Below are positions 20,370-33,200 of a stretch of DNA of 64,000 bases, piece after piece. The DNA lies in IMG/VR virus record IMGVR_UViG_3300044630_005137, positions 32,001 to 96,000 of that record, one strand, 5' to 3'. The notes below the pieces were generated by a model, which was not told where the DNA came from, searched no databases, and saw nothing but the letters and a program-made list of their open reading frames with translations. Position 1 is the first letter of the stretch. Each line of letters starts with the position of its first letter. This DNA comes from a virus. A program made the position numbers and the translations under genes.

Positions 20370-23300
20370 TTAGATTGCTCTACACGAAATTGAGGTACTT
20401 AGCCCCTCCCTATACTCTAAAGTACATTTAGTTATTACATACTTATTGCTAGACTGAGTCATTCCTAATATCGGATAATTTATGCTAACAATATCCCCAG
20501 CAGATAAAATTGGATTTCCAAAGACTGTCATATCAACAAATCTACCTTTATTTAAAGAGTTTGATTTAATCCAATTTGCAAGCTTTTCTGCGTCCTGTTC
20601 ATTTTGAATCCATGAGGAATCAAATATTACAGACTCTTTATTTTTAGGGTCATCTGACTGATCTGTATTATAATCTATGGCGGAGGATCTACTAATACTA
20701 TTTCCAAGTATATAGAAGGTTGTATAATTACTATCGTGTAAAACAACTGAAGTAGAGGTGTTGTTTAAAACGTATGCCTCAGCTGTAAATGGCTGCAACC
20801 TTTTATCAAGTACTGTGACGTAAGGATTATTGGGAGTTCTAACCATAATAGGCAGGGCTGGCCTGTCGTCATAAGGAACTTTTATTTTTCTTATTTCTCT
20901 TGCAGTTGTTCCAAACTCCATAAGGCCCACCTCCTGTTCAGGAGTAGTGTCCGCATCATTATAAATTATATCTCCATATAACATAGAAATTGTATCGTCA
21001 GAATAATTTCCATTGTGCCTGTATGACTGCAAACTACTATTTTTTTTATAAAGATCTTCATTGATACTTTTCCCGTATAAGAAATCAAAGAAGGCAATTC
21101 CCTGCCCACAATGCAGCGCTAAATTTTTTGTTATACCAATTGGTGGGATATATTGATTAAAAGAATCATTTCCCTGATCAACTGCTACTATCTTAAACCC
21201 ATTAATAAAAACAGTAATTGTATTTTTAACTAATTGCCCCGACGTGGTTTGCGCCTTAACAAGCACGTCTATGCTGTAAGAACTACCTGCCATTATTCCA
21301 CTCAGCTTTGTTGAATCAGATTGTTGACTATCTTTTAAAACAGTAAGTTTATTATTTTGAATCTTGACAATCATTATATCTTTTTCTAATTTTGCAAAAG
21401 CTGATGTACGAACTATTACATAATAACCATTTTTGCCAGTTGAGTCTAGGCAAAATCCTATGCCTCCAACCTGTTCTGGGCTCATAGCCTGACTATCAAA
21501 AAACATTCTAGTACCGCAAGCCATGTATAAAGATCCTGTATTAATTGAATTAAATGGCTTCAACACCAAGCTATACATTTTTTTATCTCTGTCTAAATTT
21601 GATACCATAAGAAAGCTTTTGGACAGTGTATCAAATTTTGAATTTGCTGGTGCAGTTATATACCCTTCACGAACTTTTAATTGTGCAACATCTGGAGTCG
21701 CTAACGTAACTGTGTACCTGTTAAATTTATTCGCATCTGTTTCGCCTGGATTATTAATGTAAGAGGATAAACTTTTTTTGTGATTCTTTTTAGATGTTTT
21801 AAAAGCTTCCCTTGTTTTAATATTATACTCCCCAGTTGGATAAAAATTTTTATATCCTGGTTTTGCCAAAGCTTGATACTTCCAAAAATCTGACTGGGTT
21901 TTCATTAGAACTCTAACTGGAGGCTTGTCACGTGCTGGAGTAAAAGAGTAATCTTTTTCTGCGGGAACATATTGATACCAAAGTCCGTCGTACTCAATGA
22001 TCTCGTCATTAATTAAAACGTATCCGCTAAAAGCATCAAGGACCTTGTCAATTCTTGCTGAATTTATTGTGTTTGGAGTTAGCTTAAATGTTGTACTATT
22101 GTCATTAATATCTTCATCAAGTTTTCCAGCTCCAAGAAAAGAATCTGCTGAAGTCCAAAGTGGCGAGCTAGAATTACTATTTACAGCAACAGATGCCGAA
22201 GAGTATCTAACTGTAACTTGATTTGCAGAAAATATTTCTCTAGATGATAAATCAATTATATTTGGGGCATAGTCAAGAACATTTGCAGTTTTAACTTCTT
22301 CGCTTGTAAACACCCATTTAGGAGCAATTGTGTTGTCGTATATAACATTTCTGCTGTAAAAATTTAAAACATTATTTTCATCTACAAATGCATTCATTTG
22401 AATATCTCTGCATAGCTCTTGCAATGTTTCCCAAACCGTTTTGTCTCCGTCACACCACCAGTAAAGTAAAGATGTAATTGAATCATCATCAGCTTTTCCA
22501 TCGGTCATTTTTATATTAAATTTATATGTGGAAAAACCAATCGAGTCAAGTATTCTTTTTATTACTGAAGTTACTGGTGAATCTTGAACTAATAATTGTG
22601 GGCACATAGTATCTTGTAATATTTTTGCTGCATCAGTTGCATCAATAGATACGTCTCCAAACTCAGAAATTGTCCAGGAGTTAGCATAAAATACACCTTG
22701 TTTTATTTGTTCTAGCGATACGCCTTCTCCAAGATATACGTATGGTTCTATGATGGTGTTTTTAAATAGATAAACCTTAGTATCGTCTATAATGGGATCT
22801 TTTATGTTATATTCTAAAATTGATCTAGATGTAGGAGAATGAGGTTTAAACAAAGCTAAGCTCAAGTAGTTTGCTGTAATCACTCCAACTGGAACAATTG
22901 AATTATCATCTGCTGTTGTTTCTTTATTAACAGAAAATGATACTATGTCTGAGTCTATTGGTTTTACCCATCTTGGACTAAATTCGATTACCCCTAATAG
23001 TTTACCCGCTTTTGAATTAACTGCAGTTAATGTTATCTTCTTTAAATATTCCGTTGTTGTATATGTAGGAGGCTTGCTTGTTGACCATCCAGTTCCATTA
23101 TAATATATTATTGCTTCCCCGTTAACAAGTGTGGTTCCAGTGACAGATATAGTTGTATTATCTGCCCTAACCCCAGTTATGGTCCATGAAGTTGGGCTGG
23201 AGTGATTAGTTTCAAACCTTGCAATAATTTTATTTGCAGGAACTAGCTTTACTGTAGTCTTTGCTTCATCTAAAAAATATTCTAAAGAAACACTAATGTC

Positions 23301-23681
23301 TTCATCTTTAGGTGCCAGCCAATATTTATACACCATGCTTGGGCCAGGATAATATAGTCTTGGCTTGTCTCCAATAGCTACGTCTCTAGGCTTTTCATAA
23401 AAACTCTGGTCTGGTGTGTCTGTCTGCTTGCCAGTTATAGGATCTTTTGTATAAACTAAATATTTAATTCCTGGGGCTAGAGGTCTAAATGGCTTATAGA
23501 TTGTATCGATTGGAAATAGTTTTTTATATGCATCTGTATAAGTATGTTTTGCAGCTGTAGATGTTGCTTTTATATATTCAACCATAGAGTTTAAGTTATA
23601 CTCCATTGTTGCACCTGCTGAAGTTTTTATAGATGACCCCTTTTTAAGCAAGTCTTTATTTGAAGCGTTTATGGATATCAT
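20370..23681 (-). CDS. Minor tail / baseplate hub protein
   Basis: 1103 aa, second gene after the tape measure; TVWETLQELC...FVDENNVLNFY and C-terminal GNP.L..GDIV.I hub-like motifs. Confidence 0.65.
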   Translation of the reverse strand: MISINASNKDLLKKGSSIKTSAGATMEYNLNSMVEYIKATSTAAKHTYTDAYKKLFPIDTIYKPFRPLAPGIKYLVYTKDPITGKQTDTPDQSFYEKPRDVAIGDKPRLYYPGPSMVYKYWLAPKDEDISVSLEYFLDEAKTTVKLVPANKIIARFETNHSSPTSWTITGVRADNTTISVTGTTLVNGEAIIYYNGTGWSTSKPPTYTTTEYLKKITLTAVNSKAGKLLGVIEFSPRWVKPIDSDIVSFSVNKETTADDNSIVPVGVITANYLSLALFKPHSPTSRSILEYNIKDPIIDDTKVYLFKNTIIEPYVYLGEGVSLEQIKQGVFYANSWTISEFGDVSIDATDAAKILQDTMCPQLLVQDSPVTSVIKRILDSIGFSTYKFNIKMTDGKADDDSITSLLYWWCDGDKTVWETLQELCRDIQMNAFVDENNVLNFYSRNVIYDNTIAPKWVFTSEEVKTANVLDYAPNIIDLSSREIFSANQVTVRYSSASVAVNSNSSSPLWTSADSFLGAGKLDEDINDNSTTFKLTPNTINSARIDKVLDAFSGYVLINDEIIEYDGLWYQYVPAEKDYSFTPARDKPPVRVLMKTQSDFWKYQALAKPGYKNFYPTGEYNIKTREAFKTSKKNHKKSLSSYINNPGETDANKFNRYTVTLATPDVAQLKVREGYITAPANSKFDTLSKSFLMVSNLDRDKKMYSLVLKPFNSINTGSLYMACGTRMFFDSQAMSPEQVGGIGFCLDSTGKNGYYVIVRTSAFAKLEKDIMIVKIQNNKLTVLKDSQQSDSTKLSGIMAGSSYSIDVLVKAQTTSGQLVKNTITVFINGFKIVAVDQGNDSFNQYIPPIGITKNLALHCGQGIAFFDFLYGKSINEDLYKKNSSLQSYRHNGNYSDDTISMLYGDIIYNDADTTPEQEVGLMEFGTTAREIRKIKVPYDDRPALPIMVRTPNNPYVTVLDKRLQPFTAEAYVLNNTSTSVVLHDSNYTTFYILGNSISRSSAIDYNTDQSDDPKNKESVIFDSSWIQNEQDAEKLANWIKSNSLNKGRFVDMTVFGNPILSAGDIVSINYPILGMTQSSNKYVITKCTLEYREGLSTSISCRAI

Positions 23682-24283
23682 ACTTGCTCCAGGCTTATGT
23701 TAACACTCCAAAAGGGTTGTATGCCTCTTTTTATTACAGTAAAGTCGCATGAGGTAAACATCATATTGTAAGTATATTTATTTGCCAAGAGGCCAGATGA
23801 TTCCTCTATCATATCTACTGGAAATACTGTTGGGTTTAATTTAATTAAAAATGCACCTTGACCAGCTGCGCTTTCATAAAAAGTTTTTAAATCTTCTGCT
23901 CCCCATCCACCATCAACTGTTTCATTTCTAAATGACGGTATCATTGCCCAAGATATGGATAGGTTTAGTTTATCAGCAATAAAATACTTTCTTAATGTTC
24001 CATTTGACATTCTTTGGCTATTTTCAATTCTATTTGTACTTATAGAAAGAGGATCTCTATTGTGCTCTGTAACTCTTCTAAATTTTGTTGCAGTTGTTTT
24101 ATCGCTAGTTGCAAGACCGTTTTTAGCTGCTGTATGAAAATCATATATATTTCCTGGTGCTGGAATATTTACTCCCTTATAATCAAAAGTGTTGTTAGCT
24201 GTATCAATTGCAAGTGGGTCGGGTGCTTGTATATAGAGAATTGATCCCTTTGATAAATTTTGAAACAATGGGCTCTGTGTCAT
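23678..24283 (-). CDS. Distal tail protein-like (Dit position)
   Basis: Directly follows the tape measure; RMSNGTLRKY...W...SVNISLEQV pattern. Confidence 0.6.
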   Translation of the reverse strand: MTQSPLFQNLSKGSILYIQAPDPLAIDTANNTFDYKGVNIPAPGNIYDFHTAAKNGLATSDKTTATKFRRVTEHNRDPLSISTNRIENSQRMSNGTLRKYFIADKLNLSISWAMIPSFRNETVDGGWGAEDLKTFYESAAGQGAFLIKLNPTVFPVDMIEESSGLLANKYTYNMMFTSCDFTVIKRGIQPFWSVNISLEQV

Positions 24284-27200
24284 TATCCATTACCTACTCT
24301 TCTATTTACTCCCGCTGCCATTTCTTTTAATCTCATTTCTTTATGTATTTGAGTTGCAACATCTTGTGCTGTTACATTAGTTCCATTTAATTCTACACTA
24401 ATATTATATACTGAACCTGATACAGCCGCCGATGCATTTGGATTAAATGGGTTCATATTGGCTGGAATTACTGCTTCATTTTTATGAAGCATTGCCAGCA
24501 TATTTGCAGGAACCATATTGATTCCATTTTCAAACATTGGAACACCTAGATTTGAAAGAGAATTAACCATTCCACCATTTGCAAATTTTGGTCTAATTGA
24601 ACCAAACTCAAGCAATTTTTTAAAAGTATTATTAATAGCATCCATGAATGGAAGGTTCCTGCTATGTAAATCCGTTTTCATTAATCGGGATAAATCATGT
24701 GGGTAAATTCCTTGGGGCAAAGCCGCGCCTCTAACTACAGAGTAGAATTCATCTGCAGTGTTAGCTCTTTGTGGTCCAGGTGTTCCCCTCTTGTCCCCTC
24801 TTACAGTAAATTTTTTGCCCCCAACTGCAATTCTTTGTCCTCCGCCAAGTAATTCTACTAATTCTGGGGGTAAGGTTGATGTAAATTCATCATACATTCC
24901 ACCAATAGAAAGTGGTGTCGGAACTTGTTCTGGGAGTACGTCTATCTTATAAAGACCAGCATTGCTTCCACCCATCCAGTTTCCTGCTTTATCTCCTGTA
25001 AGGTTTAAATGAGCATCGCTAGCATAGTGTGCTGCCATTTTTGAAGACAAACTCCAGTATCCACCAAGCTTGCTATGTGCTTCGGTAGCTTTATACATTG
25101 CAAGGGGTTGATTTGGATCTAGTCCGTGGGCTGCGGCGTATGCTTTATTTGCAGCTTTAGAAAACTCCGTGGTGACTGTTTCTGCAGTTTCAGCTCTGCT
25201 AATTTGTCCTTTACCCATTAAGCCTAGCATTGTCATAAAATATTCTTTTGACACGTCTTTAATTGCTGGGTCTCCGTTTTTGTTTAATATTTCCCACGCT
25301 TCTCCCCAATAATAATTGTAAGCTCTAGACAAATCTGTTCCTGGCGGACTAAAAAATGTAGTTGGGGCATCAGTTAGTGCACGATCTCCAGATAAAACCA
25401 TCTCTGGAATAGAAGCTCCCCTTGCTTCAGCATACTCCATTGCTTTTTTCTGTAAGTTTCTAATAATTGTTTTACTTGCTTTAGAGGATTTCATTGATGA
25501 GACAGCAGGTCCGCCAGCACCAGTTGTAGCATTTGCCAAACGTGCAGAGTTTGCTACACCAGTAGCTCCCATTCCAACTCTTGCGCCGAGACCAAATCCC
25601 ATAAAATTAAATGGCAGCAATGATGCAGATAAGTTATCTCCCTCTCTGCTTTGGCCAGTAGCTTTTCTTAAAGCAGCAACTGCTCCAAGTGGGTCTGAGG
25701 CCATCCATGAAGTAAGTGGTGATCTAGAAAGAATTGCTTGAGCTTCATCTTGTGATTCAGTTAATCCAGATACATATCTTTGTAGCCAATTTTGTTTTTT
25801 AGATGTTGGCTCTCCATACTTATGCTTATGTCCTACTGGACCACCTTTGTGGAATCGCTTAGCGTTCATTTCAATAATCTTGGCTCGCATTGCGGTCTTA
25901 GATAAATCGTTAAGGATTTGGCTTGCTACCTCACTTGCAGAACCCATGCCAGCATCTACGTACTTATACTTATCGTGTCTACTATAGCCTATAGTTCCAT
26001 CGCTACCTAGCCACGAGTATGCAGGACCGTCAGAAACTTTTATTGGCTTAGTAAGTTTAGCAGCAGTCTTTGCTGCCCCTCCGTAGTTCCTAGCCATTTC
26101 GTATGCGTACTTAGCATAGGCAGTAGTACCTTTACGAGGTGCTTGTATTAGTGTATTTGTAAGAGCGTCATGAGGATGTGGATGGACATAGCCACCGTCG
26201 TGCATACCAACCGTAAATCCTCCGCCGCCGCCTAACAATCCGCCAGACCATGCAGATGCGCCAGAGCCAATTAGTGGAGGAGTATACTTGTCTATACCCA
26301 TTCCTGGAGACTTGAATTTCTTTCTCTTCTTAGGCCAAGAAGGAATGCCTGGTCCGCCACCTTCGCCAAAGGCTTGAACCATTCCTCCACCTGCAAACTT
26401 TTTAGGGATATTTATCCTACTGCCTTTGTAAACTGTATTGCCTAAAAGATAATCAGGATTTAATTCAGCAAGTACTTTTGAATCAATATTAAGACTTTTT
26501 GCAATTTGTGATAAAGTTTGATCTTTTTCTACCACATGAGTTGTTCGTTGATTTACAGCTGCAGATATAGCATCTTCAATTGCTGTAAGTGGAGAAGGCA
26601 TAAAGTTGGGTCTTGCATAGGCTACTAGGGCATTGTCCCCTACAGATTCTTTTGTTAAGTAATACCCACTTTGGCTAACTCTGTCTCTTATATTTCCATC
26701 AACAGTAGATATACTAAATTGTTCTACGCCGCTATAACTCTTTTCTCTTTTAACTTCAGTTGCAATTGCGGCATGTCTTATTCTATTCGTATCAGAATCA
26801 GAACTTTGCTGAGCCCAATTTAAATACATAATGTCGCCAGGCTTTGGAGGATTTTTTAAAATCCTAGCCCAGCCAGCTTTTGCTTTATCCTGTTTAGATT
26901 TTTCTCTTTTTGCTTGATAGGCATGATATTTTTTATAATACTCATCCGCAGCTTTTTCATACCTTTCAATATCTTTTGGATTCCCATAGTATTTTCCAGT
27001 ATCATAATTTACTCCAACGTTAAAGTCAGAAGCTCTTGGCGATTCGCCTACATCATCCGAAGCAGATCGATCATCTATTTTTGTTGGTATTGTTGTAGCA
27101 ACATCTACAAGCTGACCTAATCCTGCAAAACTTTTAGCACCGTCTGCTGTATAAAAAGTATCTGGTATTTTAACGCCAGACATGTGTGCGGCCCACTGAA

Positions 27201-30200
27201 CAAATGTTCCACACCATGCAAATGCTTTTGCTCCAAGGTCTTTTATGCTATTGAGCCATCTTGAATATTTTGTTATATTATTACCCTCTGCGCCATATGT
27301 TTTGCCCATTACTTCTTCTTCAGTTCCAAGTTGAGAAATTGCTGTATCTATAAATCTTTTAGCAGTACCAAGTGGTGATTTAACATCTTTTAATGTTGGA
27401 TCTTTACCTATTTCTTTTAGTAATGCTTGTCCGCCAGTTGAAAATTTTTGAACTTGGCCTCCATTTGCAAACCGACCAGCATTTATATCATCCATTGCTT
27501 TTACGCCATACTTTGCAACAGAAGATGCCTTGATCACATATTCTCCATGTGAAAGCATCGCTGGAATAGAGTCTGATGTTGCAGTTCCTGGACCTCTAAC
27601 CTTACCTCCGCTAGCATATGTTGGACTGATATCTCTTTGGTACTGAATACTTCCATCATTTAAAACTAAGAATTGTTTTTTAACTCCATTAGCTTCTTCT
27701 AAAGTAAATTGTTGTCCTGGTTTATATCCCTTTTTTGCTGCAAAGTACTTTACTGCGCTTCTATCATTAAATAATGGTGTGTTCCAATCAATATATTTTT
27801 TACCTACCGCGTCCTTTGCGGTTCCAGCATTTATTGGATCTTTATAAGTTCCGCCACCACGAATTGCTGCAACTATTTCTTCGGTCATTTTCTTTATTGA
27901 GTACCCCTTGCCACCAGTAATCTGATCAGCAAACTTTGTTACTGCGGCAACATCTCTATCAAATATAGAAAGTGTGTCTTTATTTACAGATACTCTTGGA
28001 ACTATTCCTGCAGTGCCAGCGTCTGGCAATCCAGCAGGTTTAGATTCTACATATACTTTCTTTACAGTTCCATCTTTATTAAAATATTCAGCAAAGGCTG
28101 ATCTTATGTCCTTTGCAGTTTGGCTATTTCCAGTTCCTGCCACACCAATTTGTTTAAGCAAATTATCAAGTCTGCCCAGAAGTTGTACCTCTGAATCTCT
28201 TTTTGCTTTGCTATCTGGTAACAGATTATTTGTTATTCTTAGTGTAGTTATCTCATCATAAGTATCTTTAAAGCCTTTAATTAGATCTGCAATTTTAGTT
28301 GCGCTTGCTGCGCCATCTTGCGCTCCCTCGAACTTTTGGGCTGCTGCATCGGCTTTTGCTTGTTTTGCATCTATTTTCTTTTGCTCAATAGCCTTTAGTC
28401 TAGCTGCTTCGTCCTCTATTGCTTTTTGAGTTAGGTCAAACTGTCTATTACTAGTAAGTTGATCTATTTCTATTCTTGCTCTAGCTGCGCCAGCCTGATC
28501 TCCACGAGATATAGCGTCTGCATATTCTATTTGAAGCTTTTGTAATTCTAACGCATAGTTTGATGCATCTTGAGTTGCTCTTAAAGACTCTAATTTTTTA
28601 TTTTTTTCATCTTCAATAAGACTAATTTTTTTAGCAATTAATTTTAATTCTTCTTGAATATTTTTCTGTGTGGCAGCAGCAGCTTTTTGTGATGCGGCGG
28701 AAGTAGCTGCAATTGATTTTTGTAGCTTATTTAATATCTTTCCAACAGATCCATATGTGCTTCCGTCCCCAGCGGCTTTAGTTAATCCATCAATTCCTTC
28801 TCCAACTGCTGCAGTAAATCCAGCTAGCTTTATAGCTAATTCGCCATCAAGGTACTTAAGGTCTAGACCGATTCCAGAAGTAGATAGTTTTATTTTTGCT
28901 AAAATTGATTTTATTGAATCAAATTTATTTGTAATTTTTGCTAACTCTGGACTCATATCTTGTATTACTTTAAAAGTTTCTTCTCCTATTGCAGCATTAA
29001 AATTAGGAACATCTTTTTCTAGATTTGCTAAAGATATTTGATATGCCTCATACTCATCAATGACTTCACCAGTTGCATTCTTTGTTCCAATAAGTGCTTT
29101 AGTACTAGAGTCAAATGTACTTATAACACTTTCAAGACCAGATATAACACCCTTCTTGTATGCATTAGTATCTGCAAAAGCATTGGCATATCTATCAATT
29201 AGGCCAATGAATGTTAAATCTACGCCTCTTTCAAATAAGTTATTTTCTTCCTTCCATTGCTTAGTAAACCACATTGGTTGTTTTGCAAGATTATACTCAA
29301 AAGATCCCTTTGACCAACCAGTTTTTGGTTCAGGCTTTAATGTTTCTAGTAAATTTTTAACAGCAAACTCAGCCGCTGTGGCTTTATCTGTAATTGCACC
29401 AAATCCGCTATTGGCCAACAATTCATAAGATTTTGTGGCTTTCTCGCTATTAGCAATTGCTCCGTAAATCATTCTATTTGCTTGCTCTACACTCAAGCCT
29501 CCTGCAATAAATTGTGCTTTTTGGTTGTTTATTAAAGTTTGAAGCTCTCCAGTGCTTGAAGTTCTATTAATTGATTCAATTAAATCTTTAAGAGCCGCGC
29601 CTTCTTCTTTTGCTTTCTTCATGTCTTCTACTGATTGTGGTATACCAGGCATTCCTATGGAGCTGCTTCTTCCTCCTTGTGCCGCAGCATTTGCCAATTT
29701 TTGTTTTTCAATATACTCTGTAAGGTAGTTATTAAGATTAAAGTATGATATTCCAGCTTGTTCAGCACCGTCTTTAGTAATGCCCAAAGACATTGCGGCA
29801 TCCTGTTGAGCATTATTATATTTCTTCCAAACATCAAAGCCAATTAAAAGAACTGATATGACTACACCAACACCTTTAAGAATTTTAATATATTTACCTA
29901 ATTGTGCTCCTAACTTAGATATTGCATCTTTAAAGCCTTTAGCAGCTTTAATTGCAGCCATAGTTGCACTAGTGGTTGTTTTTATTTTGTTTCCAACTGT
30001 TAACCATGGGACCATAGGGATTATAGTTGATGCGGCCATAATACCTAATCCAGCATTCATTCCAGACATTTCCATGCCAAGCATATTAACTTTTTCCTGC
30101 TGCATCATGTACATTCCGCCCATGTTGCCAGCCATACCGATACCCATCTGGGCACCCATTCCCATTCCGCCTCTTATTTTGGTATCAAGCCCTGCTGCTT

Positions 30201-33200
30201 GTGCAGACTTTTTATCATGGATATATCCGTCGGCGTCCATGTACTCACGTTTTCTGTAGCCCAAGGTTCCAACTTTACGGCTCTTTGTTCCATCTTGCCC
30301 AGTCTCTTTCCAATCGCCAACCATTCCAGGACCAGACATAGATATTGGCATAATTTGGCCAGGTCCCATTAGATAGTTTGCACCTGGATATGCAGCCGAA
30401 TAGCTTCTAGCTTGATGTCTTAATATACCGTCCTTAATATCTCTTGTATTTGTTTTTACCCAATTAGAAAGGAATGAAGCATTTAGTCTTGCAGATGCTA
30501 CTTGGGATTTTGCAAAATCTCTATATGCGCTATTAATGTGAGTTGCTGATGTTGCAATTCCATATCTTAAACCTACTGTGCCGACCTTAATTGATTTAGT
30601 TAAAGAATCAAACGCTCTAGTTACTCCTGCTGGTAGCTGACCTATTTGAGAAAGCTTTAAGGTATCTATAATCTGTTGAGATTGACCAGTTGCTACTGAA
30701 CCAAAAGCGTTACCAGCAACTCCAGATCCTCCAACATAAGGAACTCGGATGACCTGCATTTGAGGGTTTCCTGAAGATGTGTATCCAGATCCAGATGGAG
30801 GATTATAAGATGCAGTTCTTGCTGCTCTTAATCTATCATCTTCAGCTCTTTTTGCTGGGTTTCCTGATCTCTGTGACCCTTTTTTATTCTTAGCGCCATA
30901 TGCATATCTTCCTGATCTAACTGGGCCTCCGCCGATTGGGCCACCACTATTTCTTTTAGCTGCAACATGAACTGCATGCAGCGGACCAAAATCAGTTGCA
31001 TCATCCATTCCATTTTCAAATCTTTGTAGCAATTTGATATATGGGGCTCTGTCTTCTCTCGGCAACGTTGCAACAAACTTAATAAGTTTTGGATGCATCT
31101 TTTTCATTGCGGCTTTTATTTTTCTGTTATACTGCTTAGATGTCATTCCTGCAGCAATTGGTGCTGTGTTTACTGCAAAGTCTTTCCTGGCTCCGCCTTT
31201 AACTCCAAGCAGATTTATCATAGCTTGATCTATCATAGAAGGAAGAGACTCTGCGTGTGCGGTATTGCGTGAAGCTTTAGGGAATACTCCTGCTGCTCCG
31301 ACATCTGCCAAAACATTTCCATAAACATTGCTTGGAGATAAATCCTTATTATTCATAACTAAAGATGCAATTGTTTGTCTAATCATTTCATCTTCGGTAA
31401 AGACTGTTCCTCCAGTAGTAAACCTTTTATCAAACGGTGACTCAACACCGAGCAACTTTGATTTGCCACTTGGGTCTAATGGATTTGATATTGTTTTAAT
31501 TGTTTGCTCAGGAGCATCAAGCCCAAACACTTCTCTAGCCATTCTAGTTCCGTATACCTCAGCTTTAGCAGATATTTCATTTGGAACACCCTTAAAGAAC
31601 TTAAGTCTACCTTCGGAGTCTCTGTATAATCCAGAAACACCAGGTATTGGATAACTCATTCCAGAGCTTGGTGAAACCATGTGTCCATATTTAACGGGAG
31701 GCAAATCTTTAAACGATCCAGTTGCTGTAGCCCTTGACATTTCACGAGATTGCTCTAAAATATCAAGTTGCTTACCTGGCGGTAATAATTTTAACAATGG
31801 GGATATGCTAGTCCCTCTATCTCTGCCCGCTACTGCTTCTTTAATCCACGGGTACTTAATCATATCGGCTTCACGCTTTTTAGCATATTGAGCTTGCTGA
31901 GCCAATCTAATAGACTCTAGTCTTGCAGAGAGTGGAGGAACCACTCCGTATGAAAATCTACCTGGAGATACAGATCCACCTGGAATCATACCTCCCATGT
32001 TAAGTTTAGCAAGTACTGGTGTCATTATAGGAGGTCTTCCTCTAGGGATTAACATCCATCTCTTTCTTTCCATAACGGCTTCAAGGAACATCTGAAGATC
32101 GTTTCTTTGCTTTGGTGTTGCTCTTACAACTGAACCAGATGCAATTTGTTCTTTAGTTTTAAACAAATTATTTTCTTCAAGCGCTGTAGCAATATCATCT
32201 ACTGTTGTCATCTTGTGCATTCCAACAGATTTAAGTGCTATCTGAAAATTCTTTCTAGCATCTTCTCCGCTCAAGTGAAGTATGTCTGGAGATATTCCTA
32301 TATCTTGAAGTCTAGCCATTATGCTGTTAATACCGTTTGGAATTACTGCGGCAACTCCCATGTGACCGCTAGTGGCATACCCAACATTTCCATGACGTGT
32401 AATATGGCCTCTAGCATGCAAGCCTTCTATATAAGGCATGCCCTTTGAATTCTTAAGATCAGTAGGAGTAACCCCTTCAATCAAATCAAATACATCTTTA
32501 AACTTTCGATTCTTAAGCATAGCGGATCTTACATTATTTAGTTCATAGTTTAGGGCTGTGCTTCCGCCAGTGCTTCTAGTATTTGTAGGATCATTTAGCT
32601 TTAATCCAGGGAATTTAAGATTACCATTAGCATCTTTAGCTCCTTCTAAACCTTGAACCTGTTTAATTCTTATGTCTATAAACTTCTCAATAGATCCGCC
32701 TGATTTTCCTATAGCTTTATCAAAGTTACTAGTTGCAATATTAATAGCTTTATCAATAGGCATTTTAGCTTTGCCTGCTAATTCAGCAGCATCTAACATG
32801 ATCATTCTTACTCTAATGTCGTCTGCGTATCTTGGGTTATTAATAAATCTTAGATATTCTCTTAGCCTTCTCTTATAATAGGCTTTATTTTCTACTTGTG
32901 GAGTTTTGCCTGTCTTCTTTCCATATCCAGTAACTCCATTCATTATCTGCCCGCCGAAATTGTAACCGCTATTTGCGGCATCTACAGCTGCATACAGTTC
33001 AGGCATTCTTTGAATCTTAGGACCAAACACTACTTCCCGTGGTGTGAGTGCTGCTGTTATCTCTCCACCATTTTCATATGTAGCAGAAGCCATTGCAACA
33101 AGCGGTGCATTTGCTGGGTCCATAGATGCTGATTGGTTTAATACGTATCCACCAACTGGAACACTTCCAAGTCTATCGTCATAGTTAATAGAAGATGGAC

